DNA of 58,764 nt from an uncultured Candidatus Saccharibacteria bacterium (GCA_964470995.1 CAYYEP010000006.1:1-58764), one strand, 5' to 3'. Positions 8,490-16,543 are shown, numbered from the stretch's first letter. Translations and numbers: made by a program. Notes: a model not told the origin generated them from the letters alone.

Positions 8490-9617
8490 ATGGAAAACTT
8501 AGTATTATATCGCAAATACCGGCCGCAGAAATTCGCGGATGTGGCCGGCCAAGAACACGTTACCACAACCATCTCCAACGAAATCAAAGAAGGCCATGTG
8601 GCGCACGCGTATCTGTTTTCGGGTCCGCGGGGATGCGGAAAAACAACGACCGCGCGCATCATTGCCAAGGCGTTAAATTGCCTGAACCGAAAAGCCGGCG
8701 AGGCCGAACCCTGCAACCAATGCGCCAATTGTGTAGAAATCCAGTCGGGCCGGGCGATTGATCTCATCGAGATTGACGCAGCCTCCCACCGGGGAATCGA
8801 CGATATTCGTGAATTGCGCGAGGGGATTAAGTTTGCTCCTACAAAATTGAAATATAAGGTTTTTATCATTGATGAATGCCACCAGCTGTCAAAGGACGCG
8901 GCCAATGCGCTGTTAAAGACCCTGGAAGAGCCTCCGGCGCACGCAATATTCGTACTGGCCACAACTGAACTGCACAAAATATTGCCAACGATCTTGTCAC
9001 GTTGCCAGAGGTTCCAATTTCATAAATTAAATCTTTCCAAACTGACAGCCAGACTGCAAAAGCTCGCCGAACTTGAAGGCGTAAAGATTGAAAGAGCCGC
9101 GCTGGAATTAGTGGCGCTGGCGGGCGGCGGGTCGGTGCGCGACTCGGAAAGCCTTTTGGGGCAGGCACTGGTTTTTGCCGGGCACAGCGGCAAAAAAAAC
9201 CAGATTAAAACTGACGACATCCGGGAAGTATTGGGAATGACTGAAGTAATAGCCGTGGGGGATCTGGCCGAGATGATTTCGAAAAATAATGCGTCTGGAG
9301 CGGTGAATTATCTTAACCAGATCGTAGAAAACGGATATGACACCGCAGAGTACGCGAAGAACGCCGTGAGTTACTTCCGGCAGGCGCTAATATTATCGAT
9401 CATGGGCGCGGCGGAGGCAAAAAACGACAGCGCACTGGTAGTTGGCCTGACGGACGAGGAGTTTGCCCGGGTTAAGTCGCTGACTATCCAGTTGGGAACC
9501 GAAAAAATCAAGCATATCGTGGAAATATTCCTTGCGGCACAGGAAAAGATAAAATATTCGCCGATTCCGCAGCTGCCGCTTGAGCTGGCGATTGTGGAAG
9601 CTTGCGCAATTGCCTAA
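8490..9617 (+). CDS. dnaX: DNA polymerase III gamma/tau subunit
   Basis: MENLVLYRKYRPQKFADVAGQEHV, Walker A GPRGCGKTT, a zinc module CNQCANC, and the DExx-like box FIIDECHQLS. The track ORF starts at a TTG at 8451. Confidence 0.9.
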   Translation: MENLVLYRKYRPQKFADVAGQEHVTTTISNEIKEGHVAHAYLFSGPRGCGKTTTARIIAKALNCLNRKAGEAEPCNQCANCVEIQSGRAIDLIEIDAASHRGIDDIRELREGIKFAPTKLKYKVFIIDECHQLSKDAANALLKTLEEPPAHAIFVLATTELHKILPTILSRCQRFQFHKLNLSKLTARLQKLAELEGVKIERAALELVALAGGGSVRDSESLLGQALVFAGHSGKKNQIKTDDIREVLGMTEVIAVGDLAEMISKNNASGAVNYLNQIVENGYDTAEYAKNAVSYFRQALILSIMGAAEAKNDSALVVGLTDEEFARVKSLTIQLGTEKIKHIVEIFLAAQEKIKYSPIPQLPLELAIVEACAIA

Positions 9618-9682
9618 AATTGGTATAATTCGTTGGTAAAAGCAACTCTTTAAAAGAACCATGCAATGGGCATGGTTGTAAT

Positions 9683-9753
9683 TGCGGGGTCGTCTAATGG
9701 TAGGACAACGGACTTTGAATCCGTTTATCATGGTTCGAATCCATGCCCCGCAG
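9683..9753 (+). tRNA. tRNA-Gln (anticodon UUG)
   Basis: TGCGGGG/CCCCGCA acceptor with the U1:A72 pair and G73 typical of bacterial tRNA-Gln. Anticodon arm ACGGA-CTTTGAA-TCCGT; T arm CATGG-TTCGAAT-CCATG. Confidence 0.85.
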
Positions 9754-9756
9754 CTA

Positions 9757-9785
9757 TTGACTAATTTAAATATTTATGCTACAAT
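9757..9785 (+). promoter_or_regulatory. Sigma70-type promoter placed for a leaderless transcript
   Basis: TTGACT (9757-9762), a 17-nt spacer, then TACAAT (9780-9785). The ATG at 9792 is 7 nt after the -10 element. Confidence 0.5.
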
Positions 9786-9791
9786 CAAGTT

Positions 9792-9977
9792 ATGAATTCG
9801 GAAGCTTTTCAGGGGATTGTGGCTCTTATGGAGCAAGCTCTTGCAGATCAAAGTTTAACGCCAATAACAAGAGCGGGCATCGTTAATTCTATGGCTATGG
9901 GTTTGATTGCTATGGTTGATGATGAACAAGCCAAAACTGTAACCGCAATTGTTAATAGAGCAAGGGCTTTAATTTAA
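9792..9977 (+). CDS. Small (61 aa) helical hypothetical protein
   Basis: ORF framed by a consensus promoter and a good intrinsic terminator. It shares an N-terminal pattern with the ORF at 11682 (NS.[FY]Q.IVA, later SMA). Confidence 0.55.
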   Translation: MNSEAFQGIVALMEQALADQSLTPITRAGIVNSMAMGLIAMVDDEQAKTVTAIVNRARALI

Positions 9978-10002
9978 AAATTAGAACGCCAATGTTTGAA
10001 AT

Positions 10003-10034
10003 GAGCTTGCGAATACCGCGAGCTCTAATTTTTT
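10003..10034 (+). terminator. Intrinsic terminator
   Basis: GAGCTTGCG-AATAC-CGCGAGCTC hairpin followed by TAATTTTTT. Confidence 0.75.
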
Positions 10035-10051
10035 AAATATTAACCAAAGCT

Positions 10052-10080
10052 GTTCCAACTTCGTCCCAGACGGCCAGCCA
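10052..10080 (+). repeat. 29-nt intergenic motif, copy 1
   Basis: GTTCCAACTTCGTCCCAGACGGCCAGCCA, identical to 12018-12046. Confidence 0.9.
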
Positions 10081-10154
10081 GTGATTTTTGTACAAAAACC
10101 GCCCCTAAAAGGCCGGTTTTTGGTATAATAAAAAGGGGAGATAAATACAATAAA

Positions 10155-11411
10155 ATGCGGAAAATAATAATTAGCGCGGTCCTTGTTTTTTTGGTGGCGT
10201 CGGGAGTTACGGCCGGGACTTATTTTTTGCTTAAATTCGGTCTTTTATCCCGCGGGCCGATAGCGGAGAGGGGTAATGTTCAAAATGTGGGTAATCCGGA
10301 TTCCGATGGCGTAGCGTTACCGACAGTTGCAGAAAATAAGGAAGCTGAGGATTTGCCGTCGGAATTCATTATTAAAACGGTCGATATTGGCGACACGAGG
10401 AGCGATAAGAACGGCGTTGTTACCGGGACGGTTTCGGGTTTGTCTGAAATGAGCCCCGGAATGCATTCTATCGAGTTTTCGGGAACCGGCGAGGATGGTA
10501 ATCCTCTTGTAAGGCGCCACCTATTTAATACACCTGGTAGGCCACTTGCCGGGACCGTATACGCAGCTTACTTTAATATATTCAATCCCAAAAATAGCCA
10601 TGATGCTTCCGAAATTGTAGACGTTGTTTACGGCGATAAAAAATACGCCACTCTTTCGCCCGATGAAAACGGCGGGATATTTGTCCAGTTCCCGATTTTG
10701 GAAGGCCAGGAAAAATTTGAAGCAACGGCTAAAAGCCGGTATACCGGTAAAATGATGAAAGTGTCGGTGGGCGTTGATAAGGCGGTTGCGGTAAAAACAG
10801 GCATTGCCCCTTACTTTGTAAGTGACGATCCGGAGGCGCAAGGAGGTAACGGCATGGTTTACCAACCGCCGGTTGATACTGTAAAAGGTGAAGAGGTAGG
10901 TAATTTCCCGATAGGAGTTTTTCCGGGAGAAAAGGTTCATATCGTTTTCCCCGGATTTAAACCAAATTATCCCGTAAATTGCGGTCGCTACGACTTGGGC
11001 GATTTGACCGCCGACAGCCTCGGGGTTGTCGACAAGACGGTTACAATGCCCGACCTTCGCCCGGGGGTGCATGAGATCGTGCTTGAAGGCGATACCCCGG
11101 GAGGTGCCGGAGTCGGTTATGGTTTTAAAGTTTTTTATCCCGGCAATCCACGCGCAAAAGATGACTGGTACAGTTTCTATTTGACCGGTTTTACTCCCAG
11201 TACCGGTGATTATGATGCAAGAGAGGCTGTTAAAATAAGACCTAAAATCGAGGACGGCGGCCTGGAATTTGATGGCAACTATCCCGATGAGGACGGCGGC
11301 ATTTTTTTTAGCTGGCCGACATTTGCCGCCCCGCAAGGCAAATTGGAATTTACCGCCACGGGACAATTGACCGGCAAAGTGATTGAAGTCTCAATCGATA
11401 TCGTTGATTAG
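10155..11411 (+). CDS. Exported/membrane-anchored protein with an internal two-fold domain repeat (function unknown)
   Basis: 418 aa with an N-terminal TM/signal segment. The two halves align: PGMHSIEFSGTGEDG with PGVHEIVLEGDTPGG, and DENGGIFVQFP...KFEATAKSRYTGKMMKVSVGVD with DEDGGIFFSWP...KLEFTATGQLTGKVIEVSIDIVD. Confidence 0.7.
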   Translation: MRKIIISAVLVFLVASGVTAGTYFLLKFGLLSRGPIAERGNVQNVGNPDSDGVALPTVAENKEAEDLPSEFIIKTVDIGDTRSDKNGVVTGTVSGLSEMSPGMHSIEFSGTGEDGNPLVRRHLFNTPGRPLAGTVYAAYFNIFNPKNSHDASEIVDVVYGDKKYATLSPDENGGIFVQFPILEGQEKFEATAKSRYTGKMMKVSVGVDKAVAVKTGIAPYFVSDDPEAQGGNGMVYQPPVDTVKGEEVGNFPIGVFPGEKVHIVFPGFKPNYPVNCGRYDLGDLTADSLGVVDKTVTMPDLRPGVHEIVLEGDTPGGAGVGYGFKVFYPGNPRAKDDWYSFYLTGFTPSTGDYDAREAVKIRPKIEDGGLEFDGNYPDEDGGIFFSWPTFAAPQGKLEFTATGQLTGKVIEVSIDIVD

Positions 11412-11510
11412 TACACGAGAGGCAACCACATAATGGATAAACCGTTATTTCTACCTCCTTCTCAGGATATTATGGCCTTGCCTCCCTTTTTTTATACACA
11501 TATCAATTCC

Positions 11511-11539
11511 GTTCCAACTTCGTCCCAGGCGGCCGGCCG
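11511..11539 (+). repeat. 29-nt intergenic motif, copy 2
   Basis: GTTCCAACTTCGTCCCAGGCGGCCGGCCG: 26 of 29 positions match copies 1 and 3, and all three differences are A>G. Confidence 0.85.
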
Positions 11540-11681
11540 ATGGATTTAGGATTAAAAATTAGCTATTCTTAATTTGATGGAAAGGCATCGCTGCTTTTTA
11601 TGTTATTTATTAAGCTTGCGATGATTCATTAAATGAGGCTGTGATATAATAAATAAACTATAAAAAATTAAACCAAGAAAT

Positions 11682-12006
11682 ATGAGTATTAATTCTTATC
11701 AAAGAATTGTAGCGGACGTATTAGGAATAAAGTTCGATGAGAATACTGATGTTTTTTCATTTTGTTCCATGGCCGCTAATGCATTGCAAACCCGTAAAGA
11801 TAGTGTATTGGAGGTTGCCGAAGAAATTAAGAAAGTCATAGGAAAGGGGGGGCTCTTCCAGCAACGATATCATAGATATAATCGATGAACTGGTTAAATA
11901 TGTTAAACTGGGCGGCTTAGAAGATGATGAACTTGCGCTTAAGTTGAAAGAAGCCAAGGAGACGGTTGAGCAAGAGAGGGAAGGTTTTGAGGTATTTAAT
12001 AGGTAA
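11682..12006 (+). CDS. Small acidic hypothetical protein interrupted at a G7 tract
   Basis: As sequenced the ORF is 68 aa (11682-11888). The +1 frame stays open to 12006 (...SSSNDIIDIIDELVKYVKLGGLEDDELALKLKEAKETVEQEREGFEVFNR). A G6 tract at 11846-11852 would fuse the two frames. Confidence 0.45.
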
Positions 12007-12017
12007 TTTTTAGTTTA

Positions 12018-12046
12018 GTTCCAACTTCGTCCCAGACGGCCAGCCA
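12018..12046 (+). repeat. 29-nt intergenic motif, copy 3
   Basis: Identical to copy 1. It starts 12 nt after the stop of the extended ORF. Confidence 0.9.
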
Positions 12047-12066
12047 ACTGGCATCAAAAGGAGTTA

Positions 12067-12098
12067 AAACTCACCCCTTGCAGGAGGTGAGTTTTTTC
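12067..12098 (+). terminator. Intrinsic terminator
   Basis: ACTCACC-CCTTGCAGGA-GGTGAGT hairpin followed by TTTTTT. Confidence 0.7.
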
Positions 12099-12371
12099 TT
12101 TGTTTATTGCCAGTTGGTGGTGAAAAATTCGGCAGACTTGCCGAATTTCGTACCACTTATACCTATCGAATTTCACGACTGGTAGGGAGGCTAATGCCGA
12201 CGCACCACTATTCCAATTTAATGTGGCCACAATGCCCGGCGCCAGCAGGTGGCGAGCAGAAAGGGCGAAAGCGAGGACAATTCTACTAAATCCCGTGGAG
12301 AATTGATTTCCGCGGATTTCCAAAAAAAACATTCGTGATAAAATAAATAAATATCAATATTATAAAAAATA

Positions 12372-13016
12372 ATGCTAAACAAAGGAACTGCGGACTGGCT
12401 TCATTTAGTGATGTTTTCGATTATCGCAATCCTTGCAGGCGGCTGGCTGATTTATTACATAAACGTAACCGCAGCGGAAGAAGAACCGCCACATTATTAT
12501 CTTTATAAAGTTGTGCGCGAGGAGCCAAGAGAGAATATGGCGATCAGCGACCCGGGCAGCGGTTATGGGCGGATCACGGTGGTGGGCAAAATAACGGGTA
12601 TTAACGCAATGTCGGCGGCAATCAGCAATTATTTTCAGATTGATAACGATACTTTCGAGAAGTATAAAGGCAAGTTTGTGGAGGCGACCGGATACATTAG
12701 CCAATTCGAAAGCGAGGAAAACCATTGGCGGCCTTTCAAGTTAACTATTGAATCGGTCAAGATCGGCGGACGGAACGACATAATTGATACCGGGCAAAGA
12801 TGCGGTTCGTCAAATGAATGCCGTTACCAGTGCGTGCTGTCGATGAATGATTTGTTTGATGCTTGCCCAGGCGCAATCAAAGGCGATCCTTCGACCTTTT
12901 GCAATGGGTTGAGCGGCAAATGCTCCGAAGATAACTTAGCTTATAACGATTGCGGCCAGTATTGGGAGTTGAACGGTAACGCCAGCCAAAGAGCGGGAAG
13001 CTGCCTGCAAAATTAG
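12372..13016 (+). CDS. Membrane-anchored, Cys-rich exported hypothetical protein
   Basis: 214 aa with an N-terminal TM helix (LHLVMFSIIAILAGGWLIYYI). The C-terminal 80 aa contain many Cys residues (CGSSNECRYQCV...CPG...FCNGLSGKCSED...CGQ...SC). Confidence 0.65.
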   Translation: MLNKGTADWLHLVMFSIIAILAGGWLIYYINVTAAEEEPPHYYLYKVVREEPRENMAISDPGSGYGRITVVGKITGINAMSAAISNYFQIDNDTFEKYKGKFVEATGYISQFESEENHWRPFKLTIESVKIGGRNDIIDTGQRCGSSNECRYQCVLSMNDLFDACPGAIKGDPSTFCNGLSGKCSEDNLAYNDCGQYWELNGNASQRAGSCLQN

Positions 13017-13043
13017 CATTTTTTAAAGCATTGTTTTAAAAAG

Positions 13044-13069
13044 GTCCGGTGTCGTCGCCGGACTTTTTT
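13044..13069 (+). terminator. Intrinsic terminator
   Basis: GTCCGGTG-TCGT-CGCCGGAC hairpin followed by TTTTTT. Confidence 0.75.
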
Positions 13070-13096
13070 GTGCGCCTGTTTTTCTATAATGCGGAC

Positions 13097-13278
13097 AGAA
13101 TAAACTACCCTGGGGCTGGCTGCTGTGCGGTTCGTACCCGAAACGATGAACCCCGAAGTATTCCTTCCGCTCCGCTTACGCTACGCGTCAAGAAAGGTTT
13201 GTTTACCGACTCCACTATGCTACAGGCAGCCATTCATACCCGCGGCAAAGCCGGCGGGGGATTCTGGTAGATAGATGA
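13097..13278 (+). repeat. Dispersed intergenic repeat family, copy A
   Basis: Shares CCCCGARGT...CGCTCCGCTTACGCTACGCGTCAAGAAAGG...CTACRGGCAGCCATTC...GCCGGCGG..ATTCTGG with the copies at 30584, 39645 and 48817. Confidence 0.8.
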
Positions 13279-13482
13279 ATACCATCCAATTAAAACCGCG
13301 CAACGAGCAAGCGCGTGCTGATAAATAGCTTTCTACGGGCCTCCCGCAATATGAAGTGATAGCCTCGAGGTCATTTTTGGGGCAGAGCAAACCGTCTGTC
13401 AAATAGCCCTCAATAACTATTGGGCAAGACGATATTAATATTTGCGGCAGATAGGGGATAGACTAGAAACTCTTATATAAAC

Positions 13483-13508
13483 AAAAAACCACCCGCGGGT
13501 GGTTTTTT
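13483..13508. terminator. Bidirectional intrinsic terminator
   Basis: AAAAAACCACCC-GC-GGGTGGTTTTTT palindrome just past the stop of the minus-strand gene. Confidence 0.75.
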
Positions 13509-13521
13509 GTTGGCGGTAGTT

Positions 13522-15837
13522 TTAGAAGCTACCGTCCGGATCATCGATAGAAGAATCAGATTCCATTTCGTCGCCATCCTCGTTTTCGACGTAGCCGCCG
13601 ATTTGAGTCGTATTGGCATCAAATTCATCATCGATTATTTCGACCGCATCGCCATCGGTGATCTCGATTGTCAGTTCATCGGCATCATCGTTAAGCGATA
13701 GCGTAACGGTGTAGTTCTCGGAATCGTCAACCTCGGCAAAAGTGAAGGTGGCAATCCCTTTTACGGTTACTTTGCCGCTGGATTCGGAGATGCTTACCCC
13801 CCCCACCTTAGAGTAAGAAATGTCTTCCACTTCGCCATCGGCTTCGAGATCGGTATTTATTGATTCGGGATCAATTTCATCACTGAAAGAGATTGTGATC
13901 GTATCTCCCTCGTCCAGATAGTCGTCGTCGCCGCCATTATCCAATTCGATTGAGTCGATAGAAAGCGTGCCGCCTTCATTATCGCCGCCGAAAGTACCGT
14001 CCGGATCATCGATAGAAGAATCAGATTCCATTTCGTCGCCATCCTCGTTTTCGATCGTACCGCCAATTTGCGCCGCGGCGGAGAAATCTTCGCTAATAAT
14101 CTCGATATCGCTGCCGCTTTCAAGAGCGATGGTCAAGACTTCGCCATCATCGTCAAGTTCGATCGAAACATCAAACGAACCAGAAGAATCAACAGAACCG
14201 AGGTCAAATGAAGCAATATTCTTTATAACTACTTTACCGGCGGAAGATATGGTTACACCTCCGGTTTCGGCGGAATCGACGCCCGTAATAGTTTCGCCCT
14301 CTTCGAGATCATCGTTTACCGACGCCGGGTCAATGGCATCGTCAAAAGTGATTTTAATCGTATCACCCACAGAAACGTAGCCCTCGCTATCATCATCGGC
14401 TACCACAATCGAGTCAATTGTCGGCCCGTCGCCATCGGAAACGCTGTTACCGCCAAAGGTGCCGGTCGGGTCGTCGATACTGGAATCGGCGTCCATTTCA
14501 TTACCATCGTCGTCTTCAACAACGCCGCCAATTTGCGCCGCGGCCATAAAATCCTCATCTTCGATGCCGATCGAGTCTCCGTCGGTGAGAGTTATTGTCA
14601 AAACTTTACCGCCCGAATTAAGCGCCACTTTCGTTGAGAACTGGGCGGTTGTATCAATATCCACTTCGCCGGCGGTAAAGGCCAGGATTCCCTTTACGGT
14701 CACACGTCCAACACTTGAGACGCTTACACCACCCGGCTCGGAATAGGCCACGCCAGTTACATAATCGCCGGCTTCAAGATCATCGTTGATGGATTCGGGA
14801 TCAATTTCGCGATTGAAGGTTATCTTAATGTAGTCACCCTCATCAATATAGTCATCATCGCCGCCATTAGAAACCACTACAGATTCAATGGCCAAATCTT
14901 CATTGCTGTCCTCGTCGTCATCGTCACTTTCGCCGCCGAAAGTTCCTGTGGCATCAATCACGCCTTCATCTTCTTCCATGGTGTTGCCATCTTTGTCCTT
15001 AACCTTGCCGCCCAACTGCGTTACACTGCCGAAGTCTTCATCGGTAATCTCAACATCGCTACCGCTAGTTAAGGTAATGGTTAATATCTTGCCGGTCGAA
15101 TTTAGGGCGATTTTGGAAGTGAAGCTTCCCGAATCGTCAACTTCGCCAATATCGAATTGAGCAATGTTTTTAATGGTCACCTTACCCGAATTGGAAATAC
15201 TTACGCCGCCCGTAGTCGAAGATGCGACGCCAGTCACGGTTTCACCCTCATCAAGATCGCCGTTGATCGATTCCGGGTTGATTGGCGCGTCAAAAGTGAT
15301 CGTGATGAAATCTTTGGTATCGAGCGCGCCTTCATCGCCGCCGTCGGCGGCTTTTAAAGCAATTATGTTGGGGCCGTTGCCGGTATCATTGTTTTCTCCG
15401 GAAAGAATTGCCGCGAGCTGTTTTTGCAATTCAGAAATCCGGGCTTTAAGCACCTCAATCATCGACTGGATGGAGTTGCCGCCTGGAGTTGTGCCGCCGT
15501 AATTAGCTAGCGCGGTACGAGTGGCGCTATCAATAACGCCAGTTTGGCTCAAACCATTGGCCGCCTGAAAGCGAACCAGGGCGCCGCGGGTTAGTGCGCC
15601 AAAATAAACGGTTTCGTGTCCCGGAGCACCGGCCCCGGCCGATGAAATCGTATAGCCGTTATTATTAAGAAACTGCTGAAGGCTTTGCACGTCGGCGCCG
15701 GTACTGCCGACATAGAGGTCGCGACCCAATTGAAGCCCGGCGGCGTTGGCAGCATCGAATGTCAGCAGGACACCGGCCAGGGTGGCCGCTAAGACCGAAA
15801 AAACAAAACCCGAAATCTTTCCAAAATATTTGGTCAT
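13522..15837 (-). CDS. Surface protein: signal/TM segment, PG_binding_1 domain, coiled coil, then four ~155-aa highly acidic tandem repeats
   Basis: 771 aa. The PG-binding motif is GADVQSLQQFLNNNGY...YFGALTRGALVRFQAANGL. Repeats start at ITITFDAPINPESING, IKITFNREIDPESIND, IKITFDDAIDPASVND and ITISFSDEIDPESINT, and each ends in ...DDP.GTFGG. Confidence 0.8.
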   Translation of the reverse strand: MTKYFGKISGFVFSVLAATLAGVLLTFDAANAAGLQLGRDLYVGSTGADVQSLQQFLNNNGYTISSAGAGAPGHETVYFGALTRGALVRFQAANGLSQTGVIDSATRTALANYGGTTPGGNSIQSMIEVLKARISELQKQLAAILSGENNDTGNGPNIIALKAADGGDEGALDTKDFITITFDAPINPESINGDLDEGETVTGVASSTTGGVSISNSGKVTIKNIAQFDIGEVDDSGSFTSKIALNSTGKILTITLTSGSDVEITDEDFGSVTQLGGKVKDKDGNTMEEDEGVIDATGTFGGESDDDDEDSNEDLAIESVVVSNGGDDDYIDEGDYIKITFNREIDPESINDDLEAGDYVTGVAYSEPGGVSVSSVGRVTVKGILAFTAGEVDIDTTAQFSTKVALNSGGKVLTITLTDGDSIGIEDEDFMAAAQIGGVVEDDDGNEMDADSSIDDPTGTFGGNSVSDGDGPTIDSIVVADDDSEGYVSVGDTIKITFDDAIDPASVNDDLEEGETITGVDSAETGGVTISSAGKVVIKNIASFDLGSVDSSGSFDVSIELDDDGEVLTIALESGSDIEIISEDFSAAAQIGGTIENEDGDEMESDSSIDDPDGTFGGDNEGGTLSIDSIELDNGGDDDYLDEGDTITISFSDEIDPESINTDLEADGEVEDISYSKVGGVSISESSGKVTVKGIATFTFAEVDDSENYTVTLSLNDDADELTIEITDGDAVEIIDDEFDANTTQIGGYVENEDGDEMESDSSIDDPDGSF

Positions 15838-16075
15838 TTATTTTACGGTTATTAATATTATTACTCTTTTTGCGAAATCTTTGCCTTTGGGCGCGCAGAG
15901 GCAGGCTGCGAGCTTATAAATAAAGTATAGCCGTTTTTTTCTTTTTTTCATAGTGCGGGACGGAACGGCGGCTTTGCGTATATAGTTTATTACACAGATG
16001 CTCGCACAATCTTACACAACGTCGAAGATTGGATATGTCCGCGGGAGCAAACCTTGGGATAATAGACTCTTTAAT

Positions 16076-16106
16076 TTGACTAAATGCAACTTAGTTGCAA
16101 TAATAT
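16076..16106 (+). promoter_or_regulatory. Promoter with an embedded perfect 7-1-7 Fur-type operator
   Basis: TTGACT (16076-16081) and TAATAT (16101-16106). The palindrome TGCAACT-T-AGTTGCA (16085-16099) fills the spacer. The ATG at 16112 is 6 nt after the -10 element. Confidence 0.6.
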
Positions 16107-16111
16107 AGCCA

Positions 16112-16543
16112 ATGAAATTGCAGGATATAATAAAAAAATTGCGATTGGGAGGAGCCAGGATTACCAAGAGCCGTCAAACTTTGGTAGCGATTTTGGGACG
16201 ACCCGGGAAACCGCTTACCGCAAGCGAGATAATACAAAAAATTAAGGCCAGAAAGTGTCCGGCCAACAAAACCACTGTTTACCGGGAGCTGGCTTTTCTG
16301 GAACGTGAGGGCACGATCCGAAGTGTTTTTTTGGCCGATGGCGAAATACGTTACGAGCTGGCGGACAGAGTACACCATCATCATTTATTTTGTTTGAATT
16401 GCAAAAGCATCAAGTCCGTAAAAATAAGCGAAAGGGCCTGCGAGGCGGCATCCAATCCGGAAATCAAAGGTTTTGAGGTAATGGGACATTCCATTGAAAT
16501 GTTCGGAATCTGCGCCAAATGCCAGGGTTATAAAAAACAATGA
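16112..16543 (+). CDS. Fur-family metalloregulator (Fur/Zur/PerR type)
   Basis: 143 aa with a winged-helix N-terminal part, HHHHLFCLNCKS and a C-terminal CAKCQ pair of CxxC motifs. Confidence 0.8.
   Translation: MKLQDIIKKLRLGGARITKSRQTLVAILGRPGKPLTASEIIQKIKARKCPANKTTVYRELAFLEREGTIRSVFLADGEIRYELADRVHHHHLFCLNCKSIKSVKISERACEAASNPEIKGFEVMGHSIEMFGICAKCQGYKKQ

Noticed and set aside
10052-12046. The 29-nt motif as a CRISPR repeat, or as a diversity-generating retroelement VR/IMH signal.
   Set aside because: The copies are about 1.4 kb and 0.5 kb apart with whole genes between them. No cas genes are present, no reverse transcriptase is present, and no template/variable repeat pair is visible in the window.
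13049-13270. ORFs called inside the dispersed repeats (13049-13270, 30496-30738, 39613-39849). They share a peptide-like APL.LRV[RK]K..F.
   Set aside because: The frame is not preserved across the copies: copy C shifts in its second half and copy D has no start. Substitutions are not biased to third positions. No SD is present. They are treated as non-coding repeats.
9683-13278. A classical integrated island at tRNA-Gln.
   Set aside because: I found no duplicated tRNA-Gln 3' segment (att site) downstream, and no integrase gene.
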